Position numbers and translations under genes: made by a program
From: an uncultured Actinomycetes bacterium
GTDB lineage: Bacteria > Actinomycetota > UBA4738 > HRBIN12
NCBI GenBank assembly: GCA_963708985.1
Contig: CAVPUQ010000009.1
Location: forward strand, 246,362 to 310,361
DNA: 64,000 nucleotides
Direction: 5' to 3'
Part shown: positions 42,893 to 55,365 of the stretch, piece by piece
Layout: the number at the start of each line of letters is the position of its first letter
How positions within the stretch are numbered: position 1 is the first letter of the stretch
The notes under the pieces: generated by a model
What the model was told of the DNA's origin: nothing
Seen by the model: the letters and a program-made list of their open reading frames with translations, nothing else
Databases searched by the model: none

Positions 42893-43051
42893 GCAGCGCT
42901 CGGAGCTAGCGAACGAGCCCGCCCGGGCGGGGTAGCCGGTCCACGGCGCCCCGGACCCCCTCGAGGGAGGTCGCGACCACGGTTGCCCCGGGCGGGTCTT
43001 CGTCGACGACGATCCGCGAGACGCAGCGCATCTCCAGCGCTCGACACAGGC

Positions 43052-44035
43052 CTAGAGCCAGTCCCTGCGCTTGAAGACCCAGTACAGGGCGCCCGCGGCG
43101 AGGGTCATCATCCCGAGGGCGAGCGGATACCCGATCTGCCACGAGAGCTCCGGCATGTGCCGGAAGTTCATCCCGTAGATACCGGCGATGAGCGTCGGGA
43201 TGAGGATGATCGCGGCCCACGAGGTCACCTTCTTCATCACGACGTTGAGCCGCATGGACTCGAGCGCGAGCTGCACCTCTCGCGCCGAGGTCAGGATGTC
43301 GCGCACGTTGTCGATCAGCTCGATCGTCCGGATCACGTGGTCCTCGACGTCGCGGTAGTACGGACCGAGCGCGGGCGTCACGAGCCCGGGCGATTCCTGG
43401 AGCTGGTCGACGACCTCGCGCATCGGGACGACCAGCCGTCGGAGCCGGGCCACCGTACGCCGTACCCGGAAGATGTCCGAGACGAGCGGGCGCTCGGGAT
43501 GCTCCTCGAACTCCCCATCCGCGCGGTCGACCCGCTCCTGGATCCGATCGGTCGTGTCCTCGAGCCGCTCGACCACGTCGAGGTAGCCGTCCACGACCTC
43601 GTCGACCAGCACGTACAGGTGGTAGCCGACGCCCTCGCGCTCGAGGTCGTCGCGCCGGGCGAGGCGCTCGAAGCTGGTGTGGAAGTCGAACAACGGCGTC
43701 CGGCGGATCGACACGACGAACGAGCGGCCGACGTACAGGTGCACCTCGCGGTCCTCGAGGTCGTCGCCGGCCCCGAGGGACAGGCCGTGGACGACGATGA
43801 AGTCGTGGTCGCGGAATCGCTCGATCTTGGCCCGCTGCCCCCAGTTCCGGCTGTCCTCGATCGACAGCTCGTGCAGGTCGAAGCTCCGCTGGAGCCTCTG
43901 GAGCTCCTCAACGGTCGGATCTACGGCGTCGACCCACACGCGCGTCGCCACGTCGCGGGCGTGGGCGACGGACGCGGCGTCGAACGGGCCCTCCTCGACG
44001 AGGCCGCCGTCCCGATATGCGCGGACCGTCAGCAC
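43052..44035 (-). CDS. corA: CorA family Mg2+/Co2+ transporter
   Basis: LHELSIED, AGIYGMNF.HMPEL, two C-terminal TM helices. Confidence 0.93.
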   Translation of the reverse strand: MLTVRAYRDGGLVEEGPFDAASVAHARDVATRVWVDAVDPTVEELQRLQRSFDLHELSIEDSRNWGQRAKIERFRDHDFIVVHGLSLGAGDDLEDREVHLYVGRSFVVSIRRTPLFDFHTSFERLARRDDLEREGVGYHLYVLVDEVVDGYLDVVERLEDTTDRIQERVDRADGEFEEHPERPLVSDIFRVRRTVARLRRLVVPMREVVDQLQESPGLVTPALGPYYRDVEDHVIRTIELIDNVRDILTSAREVQLALESMRLNVVMKKVTSWAAIILIPTLIAGIYGMNFRHMPELSWQIGYPLALGMMTLAAGALYWVFKRRDWL

Positions 44036-44081
44036 GATGTCGCGAGCCTACCGCGCTCGGGCTCTCGCTAGACTCCGCCCG

Positions 44082-44891
44082 ATGCCGGACCTCGAGCCGT
44101 TCCTGCGGTTCTGGCGGGCGCTCGACGGCCTGTTCGAGGCCGAGGAGCGCACCGCGTGGGGCGCGGTCGTGGCCGACGCTCGGTACCCGGCCGTCCAGGA
44201 GGCGAACTACGCCCGGGTCGAGAGCAAGAGGCCGGTCGACCTCGAGCAGATCGAGATCCCGCTCTTGCCGGCACTCGCTCGCTCGGGCAGCCGGCGCGAG
44301 CACGTGGTCGTGTTCTCCCCCGAGGACCAGACGGGTCTGCTCGTCGAGGCGAGCACCCGCGGCGACCGGATCGTGTGGGACCTGGTCATGGCCCACGATG
44401 GCGCGCTCGAGCCCGGGTCGAGATCGGAGGCCGGCGGTCCCGTGGAGGAGATATCCGACGCCGACCCCGCTTTCTGGGCTGCGCTTCGGTCCTCGACCCT
44501 GCTGTTCGACGTCACGGACGAGACGATGCTCGACCAGTTGGCTGCGATCGAGCACGACGTCCTGCTCCCGGCCGGCCGGCGGTGGTTCGTCGTCCCCGGC
44601 GTGGGCGGTGCACCCGCGGCGTTCGCGGCGCTCCTCGTGCTCGAGGGCATCGGCTACCTCGACCACGTGGTCACGCTGCCCGAGGCTCGGCGGCGCGGGC
44701 ACGCGACCGCGCTCACCGCTCGCGCGCTCGACGAGGCGACGGCAGCCGGCGCCGAGCGCACCTACCTGCTCGCGGAGCCCCGCGGCCGTGCCGCAACCCT
44801 GTACCGACGTCTAGGCTTCGAGCCCGTGACCCAGATCGCGAGTTGGATCGCTCCCCTGGAGCGGGTGCTGGGCCAGACCGTCGCCGGGTAG
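44082..44891 (+). CDS. GNAT family acetyltransferase
   Basis: VVTLPEARRRGHA, LYRRLGF. Confidence 0.85.
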   Translation: MPDLEPFLRFWRALDGLFEAEERTAWGAVVADARYPAVQEANYARVESKRPVDLEQIEIPLLPALARSGSRREHVVVFSPEDQTGLLVEASTRGDRIVWDLVMAHDGALEPGSRSEAGGPVEEISDADPAFWAALRSSTLLFDVTDETMLDQLAAIEHDVLLPAGRRWFVVPGVGGAPAAFAALLVLEGIGYLDHVVTLPEARRRGHATALTARALDEATAAGAERTYLLAEPRGRAATLYRRLGFEPVTQIASWIAPLERVLGQTVAG

Positions 44892-44900
44892 CCCAGCCTG

Positions 44901-45797
44901 CTATCGGTCGGCCGGCGGCGGCAGGTAGCGCGCCCGCACGACCCGACCGTCGCGGCGCTCGAGTACCCACACGGACGCCTTCTTCCAGTCGCGCTCGCCC
45001 TCCAGCTCGGCCCCCCGCTCGGCGAGGTGGAGCACGACGGCCGGCACCACGTCGCCGTGGGTGCAGAACAACGTCGGCGTACGCCCCGCCTCCTCGAGCA
45101 GGGCGAGCGCCTGCTCCGGCGGCGCGCCCTCGACGAGCGCCTCCGTGGTCTCGACCGGCAATCCCCGATCGAGCGCGAGCGGCCGAACGGTCTGCACGCA
45201 CCGGATGTACGGGCTCGAGACCACCCGCTCGACGTCCCGGCCTCGGAAGGCGGTGACGAGCGCGTCGGCCTGCCGGCGTCCGGCCTTCGAGAGCGGGCGG
45301 AGCCGGTCATCCTCGGTCCAACCCGAGCGCGAGCCCGACTTCCCGTGGCGAACGAGGAACGAGGGCGCCTCGCCCGCCGTCCGCAGGTAGGTCTCGAGCA
45401 GCGCCCGATCGTGGTCGTAGGTGAGCACGGGAGCGACCTCGTCGAGCGCGAGCCACCGGAGCTCGTCGACCTCGTCGCCCGGAACGAAGGCCCCGTCCCC
45501 GGGCTCCATGACCCAGTACCGCACGACCTTCGGGTGCCCCTCGCCGTCGCGGTAGTGGACCGAGCCGAGGTCCAGCCCGAGCGCGCACCGCAAGCCCGTC
45601 TCCTCTTCGACCTCGCGGATCGCCGTCTGCTCGTCGGACTCGCCCGGCTGGAGCTTGCCCTTGGGGAAGGTCCAGTCGTCGTACTTCGGCCGGTGCACGA
45701 CCGCGACGGTCCGTCGGTCCTCGGGGTCGCGCCGGACGACGAGACCGCCGGCCGCTCGGACGACCGGACCGTCCGCGGTCACGGGGGTCTCGGTCAC
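44901..45797 (-). CDS. Nudix hydrolase plus histidine phosphatase (MutT1-like)
   Basis: VHRPKYDDWTFPKGK, REVEEETG; LVRHG, RPLS, SSPYIRC, CTHG. Confidence 0.9.
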   Translation of the reverse strand: MTETPVTADGPVVRAAGGLVVRRDPEDRRTVAVVHRPKYDDWTFPKGKLQPGESDEQTAIREVEEETGLRCALGLDLGSVHYRDGEGHPKVVRYWVMEPGDGAFVPGDEVDELRWLALDEVAPVLTYDHDRALLETYLRTAGEAPSFLVRHGKSGSRSGWTEDDRLRPLSKAGRRQADALVTAFRGRDVERVVSSPYIRCVQTVRPLALDRGLPVETTEALVEGAPPEQALALLEEAGRTPTLFCTHGDVVPAVVLHLAERGAELEGERDWKKASVWVLERRDGRVVRARYLPPPADR

Positions 45798-47295
45798 GGC
45801 CAGAACCGAACGCGCTTGCGCGCGAGACGCTTCCACACACCCCGCCAGCGCCCACGAGCCGCCGCGGCAGCCTGCCGTTCGAGCATCGCGAGCTCGCCGG
45901 CGACGAACGCTCGCCGACCGCCGCCGGCCGCCGACCCACGGAGCCACGCCTGCGCGACGACGGCGTCCTGGTGCTCGCCGAGCACCTCCTGGAGCGCCGC
46001 GGCCTCCCGCGCGAAATCCCGGGCCCGCTTGCCGAACACGGGCTCGACGGCCTCGGCCGCGTACCGAGCCCGCTTGGTGCGGATCCGCGCGACGTGCAGG
46101 TCGGCGTCCGGCGCGTCCTCGCCGAGCCCTTCGAGCGAGCCCCGCAGGTGCTTCCACGGCCGCTCCATCGCCGCGGCGAGCGCCATGACCCCCGGAGCGT
46201 TCGCCGCTTCGGGCACCACGGCCGGCTCGCGAGCGGCCGCGACCAGCCGGTCGAGCAGCGCGAGGTAGCGTTGCGAGCGCATCGCCTCGAGCAGGTGGTC
46301 GCGGGCGGCCGCCCGCCGGCCGGCGAGGCCCGCCACGAGCCGCTCGCCGACGGGGCGATCCTCCTCGGGCAGGACGGCGACCCGGCCGCGGAGCCGCTCG
46401 AGCTGCACGTCGAGGTCCCGCACCGTCCCGAGCTCGCCGCCGAGCCAACCCAGCTCCTCGCGGAGCGCGGCGTCCCAGTCCGGGTCGAGCACGTCCCGGA
46501 ACGTCCGCAGATCCGAGCGGAGCCGCCGGGTGGCCACCCTCGCCTGATGCACGTCCTCGATGTCTTCGCCGAGCCGCACGCCGGCGTCGTGCCGCAGGAG
46601 CCGTACCACCGAGGCGGCGAACGCCCCCCGCACGACCTCTCCCACCGACGCCTCCGGTCCCAGCTCGGGGACGACCACCTCGGGAGGGGCCGATGCCCGG
46701 GCGCCGAGGGCCCGCCGGTACTTCGGCGTCCCGTCGGTCGGGCTCGCGCCGGCCTCGCGCAGGCGGGCGACGATCGCGTCGACGAGCGTCCGCTCGACGT
46801 CCTCCCGCATCTCGAGCTCCACCTCGCGGAAGCGCGCGGCGACCCGCGCCCCGTCCATCACCGAGACCTCGTCGTCGACGACCTCGGCGAGGGGCACACC
46901 ATGCGCGTCGGTCAGCTCGACACTTCGCCGGAGGGTCCGGAGGCGGACGACCGGCCGCAGCTCCTCGGCTCGCGAGTACGCGCGACCAGTTCCGCGGCCT
47001 CGGACGGGACGCGGCGAGCCTCGCCCTCGAAGGCGATCTCGTCGCGGACGACCACGATGCCCTCGGAGGTCGGCGGCAGCTTCAGTGTCCAGCCCTCGCC
47101 CTCGCGGTGCCGCAGGCTGCAGTTCCACCGCGCCAGCCGCAGATCGTCCGTGTCCACGTAGACGGTCCGGTAGCGACGCGGCTCGGACGACGTCGTGGCC
47201 AAGCCCTCGATGTCCGCGAGGTCCGCGGGCGCGAACGCGGCCGGGACCGAGAGCTTGATCTCGCGCTCCAGACTCATCTCACGCTCCCGGCTCAT
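45794..47295 (-). CDS. CYTH plus CHAD domain (polyphosphate-binding) protein (indel near 46985)
   Basis: EREIK, YVDTDDLRL, EVELE; VHQARVATRRLRS, RDLDV, LHVARIRTKRARY, LGEHQD. Confidence 0.88.
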
Positions 47296-49370
47296 CTCGC
47301 TCGCCCGGCACGCTCCAGCGCGAGCTCCTGGAGCCGATCCTGCGCGTTGGAGCCCTTCCGCTCGCGCACCTTCGTCCACCGGCCATCGGCGCGCAGGCGC
47401 CAGGCGAGGACGTCGTCGCGCAGGAGCACCCGCAGGATCTGGTCGAGCCGCCGCTTCAACGCGGGGTCGAGTACCGGCGTCGTCGCCTCGACCCGGCGGT
47501 CGAGGTTCCGGGGCATGAGGTCCGCCGAGCCGATGTAGTGGTCGTATCCACTCGCGCGCCGCCCGAACCGGAAGATCCGCGAGTGCTCGAGGTACCGGCC
47601 GACGACCGAGCGCACGCGGACCCTGTCGGAGAGGTCGGGGACGCCCGGGCGCAGACAGCAGATCCCCCGGACCGACCAGGTCGATGTCGGCTCCGGACTG
47701 GGAGGCCGCGTAGAGGGCATCGATCATCTCGGCGTCGACGAGGCTGTTCATCTTCATCACGATCTTGCCGCCGGGGCGAGACTCGCGCTCGATCAGCTCG
47801 AGGAGCTTGGGGCGCAGGTCGTACGGGGCGACGAGGAGCCGGCGGTAGCTCGCGCTGCCGACTGTAGCCGGTGAGGACGTTGAACAGGTCCGTGAGGTCC
47901 GCGCCGATCTCCGGGTCGGCCGTGAGCAGTCCGAGGTCCTCGTACAGCTTGGCCGTCGTCGGGTTGTAGTTGCCGGTCCCGACGTGCGCATAGCGGCGGA
48001 CGCCGCCGTCCTCGCGCCGGACGACGAGCGACGTCTTCGTGTGGGTCTTCAGTCCGACCACGCCGTACGCGACGTGGACGCCCGCCTCCTCGAGCGCCCT
48101 GCGCGTACGTGATGTTCGCCTGTTCGTCGAACCTGGCCTTGAGCTCGACGAGCGCTACCACCTGCTTGCCGGCCTCGGCCGCTCGGACGAGCGCCCTGAT
48201 GATCGGGCTTTCCTGGGCGGACGTGCGGTAGAGGGTCTGCTTGATCGCGAGGACGTCGGGGTCCCGTCGCGGCCTGGTCGAGGAAGGCCTCGACCGAGGC
48301 GGCGAACGAGTCGTACGGGTGGTGCACGAGCACGTCGCCCTCCCGCAGCGACGGCGAACAGGTCGGGCTCCCCTTCCTCGGCCCGCAGCGCGAGGCTGCG
48401 TCACCGGGGTCCATGGTTCGTCCTTGAGGTCCGGGCGGTCGAGCGTCGTGAGCACCATCATGCCGGCGAGGTCGAGCAGCCCGCGTCGAGACGTACACGT
48501 CCGCCGGTTCCAGGTCGAGCTCGCGAACGAGGAGCTCGAGCACCTCGGGCGTCATCGTGTGGTCGACCTCGAGTCGCACCGGGCTCGCGGCCCTGCGGCG
48601 GCGCCACAGGACGCTCTCGATCGCCGCGAGCAGGTCCTCGGCTTCGTCCTCTTCGACCTCGACGTCGGCATCGCGCGTCACGCGGAACACGTGCCGGGAC
48701 ACGATCTCCATGCCGGGGAACAGGGCGTCCAGGTGCACCGCGATCACGTCTTCGATCGGCACGAACCGCTCGCCGTCGGACAGCGCGAGGAACCGCGGGA
48801 AGGAGCGGAGGCACCTTGACGCGCGCGAAGCGGTTCACCCGGGTCACCGGGTCCCGCACGATCGCGGCGAGGTTGAGCGACAGGTTCGAGATGTACGGGA
48901 ACGGGATGCGCCGGATCGACGGACAGCGGCGTGAGCACCGGGAAGATGCGCTCGTGGAAGGCCTCGGAGACGGTCGCGAGGTCCTCCTCGCTCATCCCTT
49001 CGAGACCGACGACCCGGATCTCGGCCTTGTCGAGCTCGGGCAGCAGCGGCCTCCATCGCGGCGTCGGCTCGGGCGAGGAGCTCGGCCGACCGCTCCCGGA
49101 TCTCGTCGAGCTGCTCCGCCGGGCTCAGCCCGTCCGGCGTCTTCGAGGTCGACGACGCCGGCGGCCACCTGCTCCCGCAGGCCCGAGACGCGGACCTGGA
49201 AGAACTCGTCGAGGTTGCTCGAGAAGATCGCCAGGAACTTCACCCGCTCGAGCAACGGGCAGGCCGGGATCCTCCGCCAGCGCGAGGACGCGCGCGTTGA
49301 ACTCGAGCCAGGAGAGCTCGCGGTTGAGGAAGCGCGACTCGGGGAGCTCGGGAAGGATGGAGGCGTTCAT
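47292..49370 (-). CDS. ppk1: Polyphosphate kinase 1 (several indels)
   Basis: [71 protein letters not shown]. Confidence 0.93.
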
Positions 49371-49447
49371 CGGGAAGGCAACAGATGGTATCGGCGGGCA
49401 GCGATCCGAGACAAGGGCCGAACGCCGGCGATCCACCCGGCGGTCGC

Positions 49448-50444
49448 TCAGAAGACGGTGGTGAGCCCCTTGTCGAGCACGTAGCCGAGCACCATGCAGG
49501 ACGGCCACGTGAGGATCCAGGCCGCCACCACCTGCCCTGGCGACCCCCCACCGGACCGCCGAGAACCGCTTCGTCGCCCCGACGCCCATGATGGACGAGC
49601 CGATCGCGTGCGTGGTCGAGACCGGGATGCCGAGCCGCGCGGCCCCCGTGATGACCAACGCCGCACCGGTCTCGGCGGCGAACCCCTGGACGGGCTCGAG
49701 CTTCGTCATGCGTAGACCGAGGGTGCGGACGACCCGCCAGCCGCCCACCATCGTGCCGACGCCGATCACGAGCCCGCACGACAAGATGATCCACAGCTCG
49801 ATCGTGAGGTTCGGCGCCGCACTGGGGGTGCCGGCCTTGTTCAGGAAGAGCGCCAGCGCGATGATGCCCATCGTCTTCTGCGCGTCGTTCGTGCCGTGAC
49901 TGAAGGCCATGAACGCAGCGGATGCGATCTGCGCCTTGCCGAAGACCCGGCTCACCGTCGACTTGCGGACCTTCGCGAACAGCCGGTAGATCAGACGATC
50001 ATGAGGATCAGCCCGATGAAGAAGCCCCCGAGCGGCGACGTCACGAGACCGATGAGCGCCTTCTTGGCGCCCGATGACGCGAGCGCTGCCAGACCGCCGG
50101 ACGGCGAACCCTGCTCCCAGCAGCGCCGCGATGATCGCGTGGGACTCGCTCGACGGAAGCCCGAAATACTGTGCGCCCAGCGCCCAGATCGTTGCCGCGA
50201 GGACCGCCGCGCCGATCGTCGTGAGGGTCACGAACTCGGGGTCGACGATCCCCTCGGCGATCGTCTTCGCGACCGCGGTGCCGGTGAGCGCGCCGACGAG
50301 GTTCAGCGCGCCCGCCATCAGGACCGCGTGATGCGGCCGCAGGACCCGGGTCGACACGACGGTCGCGATCGAGTTCGGGGCGTCGGTCCACCCGTTGGCG
50401 AACTCGAAGACGTAGGCCAGGACCAGGACGAGCCAAAGGGGCAT
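49448..50444 (-). CDS. pit: Inorganic phosphate transporter, PiT family (indels)
   Basis: NGWTDAPNSIAT, PSSESH, HGTNDAQK, PVSTTH. Confidence 0.92.
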
Positions 50445-51073
50445 CAGGCGTGCTTCAGCGCGATCGCCTCGAGCGACGTCGGAAACGTCCTCCAGGCGGT
50501 CGATGGCCGCCTCCAGCTCGTCGATGATGTCCTTCCACTTCAAGACGTCGAGCGCCCGGTGGTCGCCGCCGAACATGTCGGCGACCGCCCGCCGGTAGAC
50601 ACGGTCGCCGTCGTTCTCGAGCCGGTTGACCTCGATCCAGTACGGCGAGAGCTGCGCGTAGCTGCGGCAGGGTCTCGAACGCCTGCCGGATCGCTCGCGT
50701 CGCCAGGACGAGCACGTCTGCCTGCGCCTTCATCTCGGGCAGCGGGGCGTCGATCTTGTGGAGCACGAACAGGTCGGCCGCCGCCTCCATGTGGTCGAGG
50801 ACGTCGTCGAGCGTGCTGGTGATCTTGTGGATGTCCTCGTGGTCCAGCGGGGTGACGAACACGGTGTTCGAGGCGGCGCATCACCTCATGGGTCATCTCA
50901 TCACCCTCGTGCTCGAGATCGCGCAAGTGGCTGGCCTTGGCCTCGACGTCCCGGTAGTCGGAGATGAGGTCGAGGAGCGCGTCGGCGGCGACCTCGATGT
51001 TGCGCGCCTGCTTCACGAACAGCTCGAAGAAGCTCTCGTCCCGTGGCACGAGCCGCAGCCGCCAGCGTGGCAC
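50444..51073 (-). CDS. DUF47 PhoU-like PiT accessory protein (indels)
   Basis: FFELF, LEHEGD, FVTPLDHEDI, LDDVLD, LENDGD, KWKDI. Confidence 0.88.
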
Positions 51074-51152
51074 CGTCACCGCCCCTTTCGCCGTATCCGG
51101 CCGGAGTCTTTCACCCGACGGGGCGCGCGACAAACGCACGGGATGGGGTTCG

Positions 51153-51854
51153 TCAGTCGACGAACTTGTAGCCGAGACCCTCGCACCGTCACGAGGTGAA
51201 CCGGACGATGCGGGTCGTCTTCGACCTTGCGGCGCAGCCGCTTCATGTGCACGTCGAGGGTCCGGGTGTCGCCGAAGTAGTCGGTTCCCCAGACCTCCTC
51301 GATGAGCAGCTCCCGGGTGAGCAGCCGCCCCGGGCGACGCAGGAGCGCCTCGAGGAGCTCGAACTCCTTGGGTGGGAGCGACACGGCCTCGCCCCGGACG
51401 GTGACCTCGTGCCGGGCCACGTCCAGCCGCACCGGCCCCCCCGTGAGCACCTCCTCCGGGACGGCCGCAGCCGGTCCCCGGCTCCGGCGGAGGTTGGCAC
51501 GGACGCGGGAAACGAGCTCGCGGACGCTGAAGGGCTTCGTGACGTAGTCATCGGCGCCGAGCTCGAGCCCGGCGACCTTGTCGGCCTCGGAGTCCTTCGC
51601 CGTCACCATGATGATCGGGACGTCGGACTCGGCCCGGATCAGCCGGCAGACGTCCAGGCCCGAGAGCTCGGGCAGCATCAGGTCGAGGATCACGAGGCTC
51701 GGGCGGCTCCGCGTGGAACCGGTCGATCGCCCGTCGGCCGTCGCGTCGCCACCGTGACCGCATACCCCTCGCGCTCGAGGTTGTAGCGCACCGAGTCGGC
51801 TAACGGATCCTCGTCCTCGACGACGAGGATCCGGATCGGCGCGTCAGTCCTCAT
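51153..51854 (-). CDS. regX3: OmpR/PhoB-family response regulator, RegX3/PhoP-like (indels)
   Basis: LVVEDE, LDLMLP, DKVAGLELGADDYVTKPFS, WGTDYFGDTRTLDVH.KRLR. Confidence 0.85.
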
Positions 51855-52534
51855 CGGCGACGACACCCGTGTGCGAGGCGTCGGTGAACTCCCGGTACTC
51901 CCCGGTGAGCAGGAACCCGACCTGCTCACCGATGTCGACCGCAGTTGTCGCCCACCCGCTCGAGCGCCCGCGCGACCATGTTCATGTGCATGCCCCAGTC
52001 GAGCGCGCGCGGGTCGTCGGCGAGCTTGGCCACCTCCAGGTGCATGTGGCGGTTGAGGCGGTCGAGCGGGTCGTCCATCTCCGGAAGGCGCTCGCACATC
52101 TTCACGTCGCGCCGTCGGAGCGCTTCCATCGCGGACCTGATCATCTCGACCGAGACATCGCCCATCTCGCCGAGCATCTGCAGGATCGACCGGCTCGTCG
52201 GCAGGGACTCGGTGACCTCGTAGAGCTTCGCGATGTTCACGGCCTGATCGGCGATCCGCTCGAGGTGGCCGCTCGAGTGCATCAGGACGGACATCAGACG
52301 CAGGTCGCCCGCCACCGGTGCCTGGAGCGCGAGGAGGGAGAACACCCCCTGGTCGATCTCGATGAACAGGGCATCGATCTCGTCGTCGCCGTCGATGACC
52401 GAGCGCGCCTTCGCGTCGTCGTGCTCCATCAACGCGTCGACGGACCCTCGCACCGCGGCCGCCGCGAGCTCACCCATCGTGAAGAGCTGGAGCTCGAGCC
52501 GGTCGAGCTCGTCGTGGAAGTGACCCCTGGGCAT
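51851..52534 (-). CDS. phoU: Phosphate signalling protein PhoU (indel near 51945)
   Basis: [37 protein letters not shown]. Confidence 0.92.
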
Positions 52535-53398
52535 CAGCCGAACCTTCCTGTGACGTAGGCCTCGGTCCGTTCGTCGGACGGGTTCGTGAAGATCGTCTCG
52601 GTCCGGTCGTACTCGACCACCGTACCGGTCCGCTGGCCCGTCGGCTCGTCGATCTCCACCGTGAAGAAGGCCGTCCGATCGCTGCACCCGAGCCGCCTGC
52701 TGCATGTTGTGCGTGACGATGACGATCGAGTAGTCGCTCACGAGCTCCTGCATCAGGTCCTCGATCCGCTGGGTGGCGATCGGGTCGAGCGCCGAGCACG
52801 GCTCGTCCATCAGGATGACGTCGGGCGTCGTCGCGATCGCGCGCGCGATGCACAGCCGCTGCTGCTGCCCGCCCGACAGCGCCATGCCCGAGCTCTTCAC
52901 CTTGTCCTTCACCTCGTCCCACAGGGCCGCCCGTCGAAGCGACTCCTCGACCAGGTCGTCCATGTTCCCCTTGTAGCCGGCGATCTTCGGGCCGAACGCG
53001 ACGTTGTCGTAGATCGACTTCGGGAAGGGATTCGGCTTCTGGAACACCATCCCGATGTGCCGGCGCACCTCCACCGGGTCGACCTCGGGCGCGTAGAGGT
53101 CGACGCCGTGGTACCTGACCGAGCCCTCGATCCTCGCTCCCTCGATGAGGTCGTTCATCCGGTTCAAACAGCGCAGGAACGTCGTCTTCCCACACCCCGA
53201 GGGCCCGATCAACGCGGTGATCTGGTTGCGGTAGATCGGCAGGCTCACGTCGCGTACCGCGCGGAACTCGCCGTAGAAGGCCGAGACATCTCGGAGGTCG
53301 AAGACGGTCTCGAGCGCCTCAGCGTCCACGGCCGGTCTCTCCATCCCCACGGCCAGACGCGCCCCACGCCCGCCGACCGGGACGGTCACCTCGTCCAT
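52534..53398 (-). CDS. pstB: Phosphate ABC transporter ATPase (indels near 3' end)
   Basis: [45 protein letters not shown]. Confidence 0.95.
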
Positions 53399-53402
53399 CG
53401 GA

Positions 53403-54347
53403 TCACCACTTCCGCTCATACCGGTTCCTCAACAAGATGGCCAGCAGGTTCACGATCAGGATCGCCGCCAGCAGCACGACGATCGCGGCCGCCGTGTTCT
53501 GCCGCCAATCCTGCCCGGGGAGCCTCGCCCACGCGAAGATCTGCGTCGGGCAGGGCCGTGTACTTGCCCTGCAGCATCTCGACGAAGCCTCGCCCGGTCC
53601 CGGCCGAGAAGTAGCCCGTCACGGCGCCCACGAGCAACAGGGGCGCCGTCTCGCCGAAGGCGCGCGCGAGCGACAGGATGGCCCCCGTGAAGATGCCAGG
53701 TGCGGCGTACGGGAGCACGTGGCTCCGGATGACCTCCCAGCGGGTCGCCCCGACGCCGTACGCGGCCTCGCGGATGCTCGCGGGAACCGCACGGAGCGCC
53801 TCCATCGTGACGAGGATCACGATCGGCATCACCAACACCGACAGCGTGAGACCACCGGAGATGAACGAGCGACCGTACGTGTCCGGACCGGTGATGCTCC
53901 GGAGCGCCTGCACGAAGACGACGAGACCGAGGATGCCGTAGACGATAGACGGCACCCCGGCGAGGTTCCGGACGTTCGCGATGAGCGCTCGGTTCAGCCG
54001 CGTGTCCCGCGCGTACTCCTGCAGGTAGACGGCGGCCGCGACGCCGATCGGGATCGCGATGACCGCGACGAACGCTACGAGGACGAGCGAGCCCGTCAGC
54101 CCCTGCCAGACCCCGGCTCGGCTCTCGATGCTCGAGACGCTGCTGCGGACGAAGTCCCAGCCTCGCGTGCTCAGCACCGGCCACGCCGTGACCGCCGTGG
54201 TGACGAGCAGCGTGACGAGGATCGCGACCGACGCGAGGAGCGCCAGGACGAGCGTCGACCCGAAGATACGCCCGCGCACGTCGGCCCGCGGCCCCGGAGA
54301 GCGGCCTCCACCGTCGAGCGGGTGGCCGAGGGCACGACGACCGCCAT
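53403..54347 (-). CDS. pstA: Phosphate ABC transporter permease PstA (indels)
   Basis: [36 protein letters not shown]. Confidence 0.92.
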
Positions 54348-55274
54348 CAGTACATCCTCCGGACCCGGCGGACGAACCGCTCGCTCGCGACGTTGAGGAT
54401 GAAGGTGATGACGAAGAGCAGGAGCCCGACGAAGTACAGGGCCTGGAAAGCGTTGCCCGAGCCTCGAACCTGGTCAGACCCGATCGCGAGCGAGGAGATC
54501 GCGCCCGTCATCGTCTGACCTCCGTGGAGCGGATCGAACGTCCGCAGGGCCGAGCCCGTCGCGCCTGCGGCGATCGCGACCACCATCGTCTCCCCGACCG
54601 CGCGCGCGAAGCCAAGGATCAGCGACGCCACGATCCCGGATATCGCCGAGGGGAACACCACCTTGGTCGTCACCGTCCGCCGGCGAGCGCCGATGCCGTA
54701 GGCAGCCTCGCGGAGAGCGGCCGGGACCGAGTGCATCGCGTCCTCGCTGATGGTCGCGACGAGCGGGATCGTGAGGATGCCGACCGCGATCCCCGCCGAC
54801 AGGTAGTTGAAGGTCCCGGCGCTCGCGAAGAGCCTCTGGACCAGGGACGGGTTGATCACCGTGAGCGCGAAGTAGCCGAGCACGACGCTCGGGATGCCCG
54901 CGAGCGTCTCGATCACGGGCTTGAGGATCCGACGCATCCTCGGGCTCGCGTACTCGGACAGGTACATCGCCGCGCCAAGCCCGAGCGGTGTGGCGACCGC
55001 CATCGCGATCACCGCGATCATCATCGTGCCCGAGAAGAGCGTGAGCAGGTCGAACTCGTCCGAGCGAGGCAACCACCCCTCGGACCACAGCGAGCCGGAG
55101 ATCGATGCGCGTGAGCCACCGGAACGCCTCGCCGGCGAGCGCCGCCACGATCGCGAGGCTGATGATGAGCCCGAGCGCGGCCGCCGCTCCGAACACGCCC
55201 TTCACGACGTGCTCCTTGCGACGCCGCTTCGCGCTGCCGCGCATCAGCTCGAGAGAGACCGGGAGATGGCTCAT
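54347..55274 (-). CDS. pstC: Phosphate ABC transporter permease PstC (indel near 55090)
   Basis: YLSEYA, LAGIPSVVLG, SEDA, ARAVGETM. Confidence 0.92.
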
Positions 55275-55365
55275 GATGGCTCGCGTACCTTAGCCAACGC
55301 GCGCGGACCGTGAGAAGGGCCGGGCGCCTCGACGGCAATCCGACCCCTTCTCCCGCGGTCGGCGC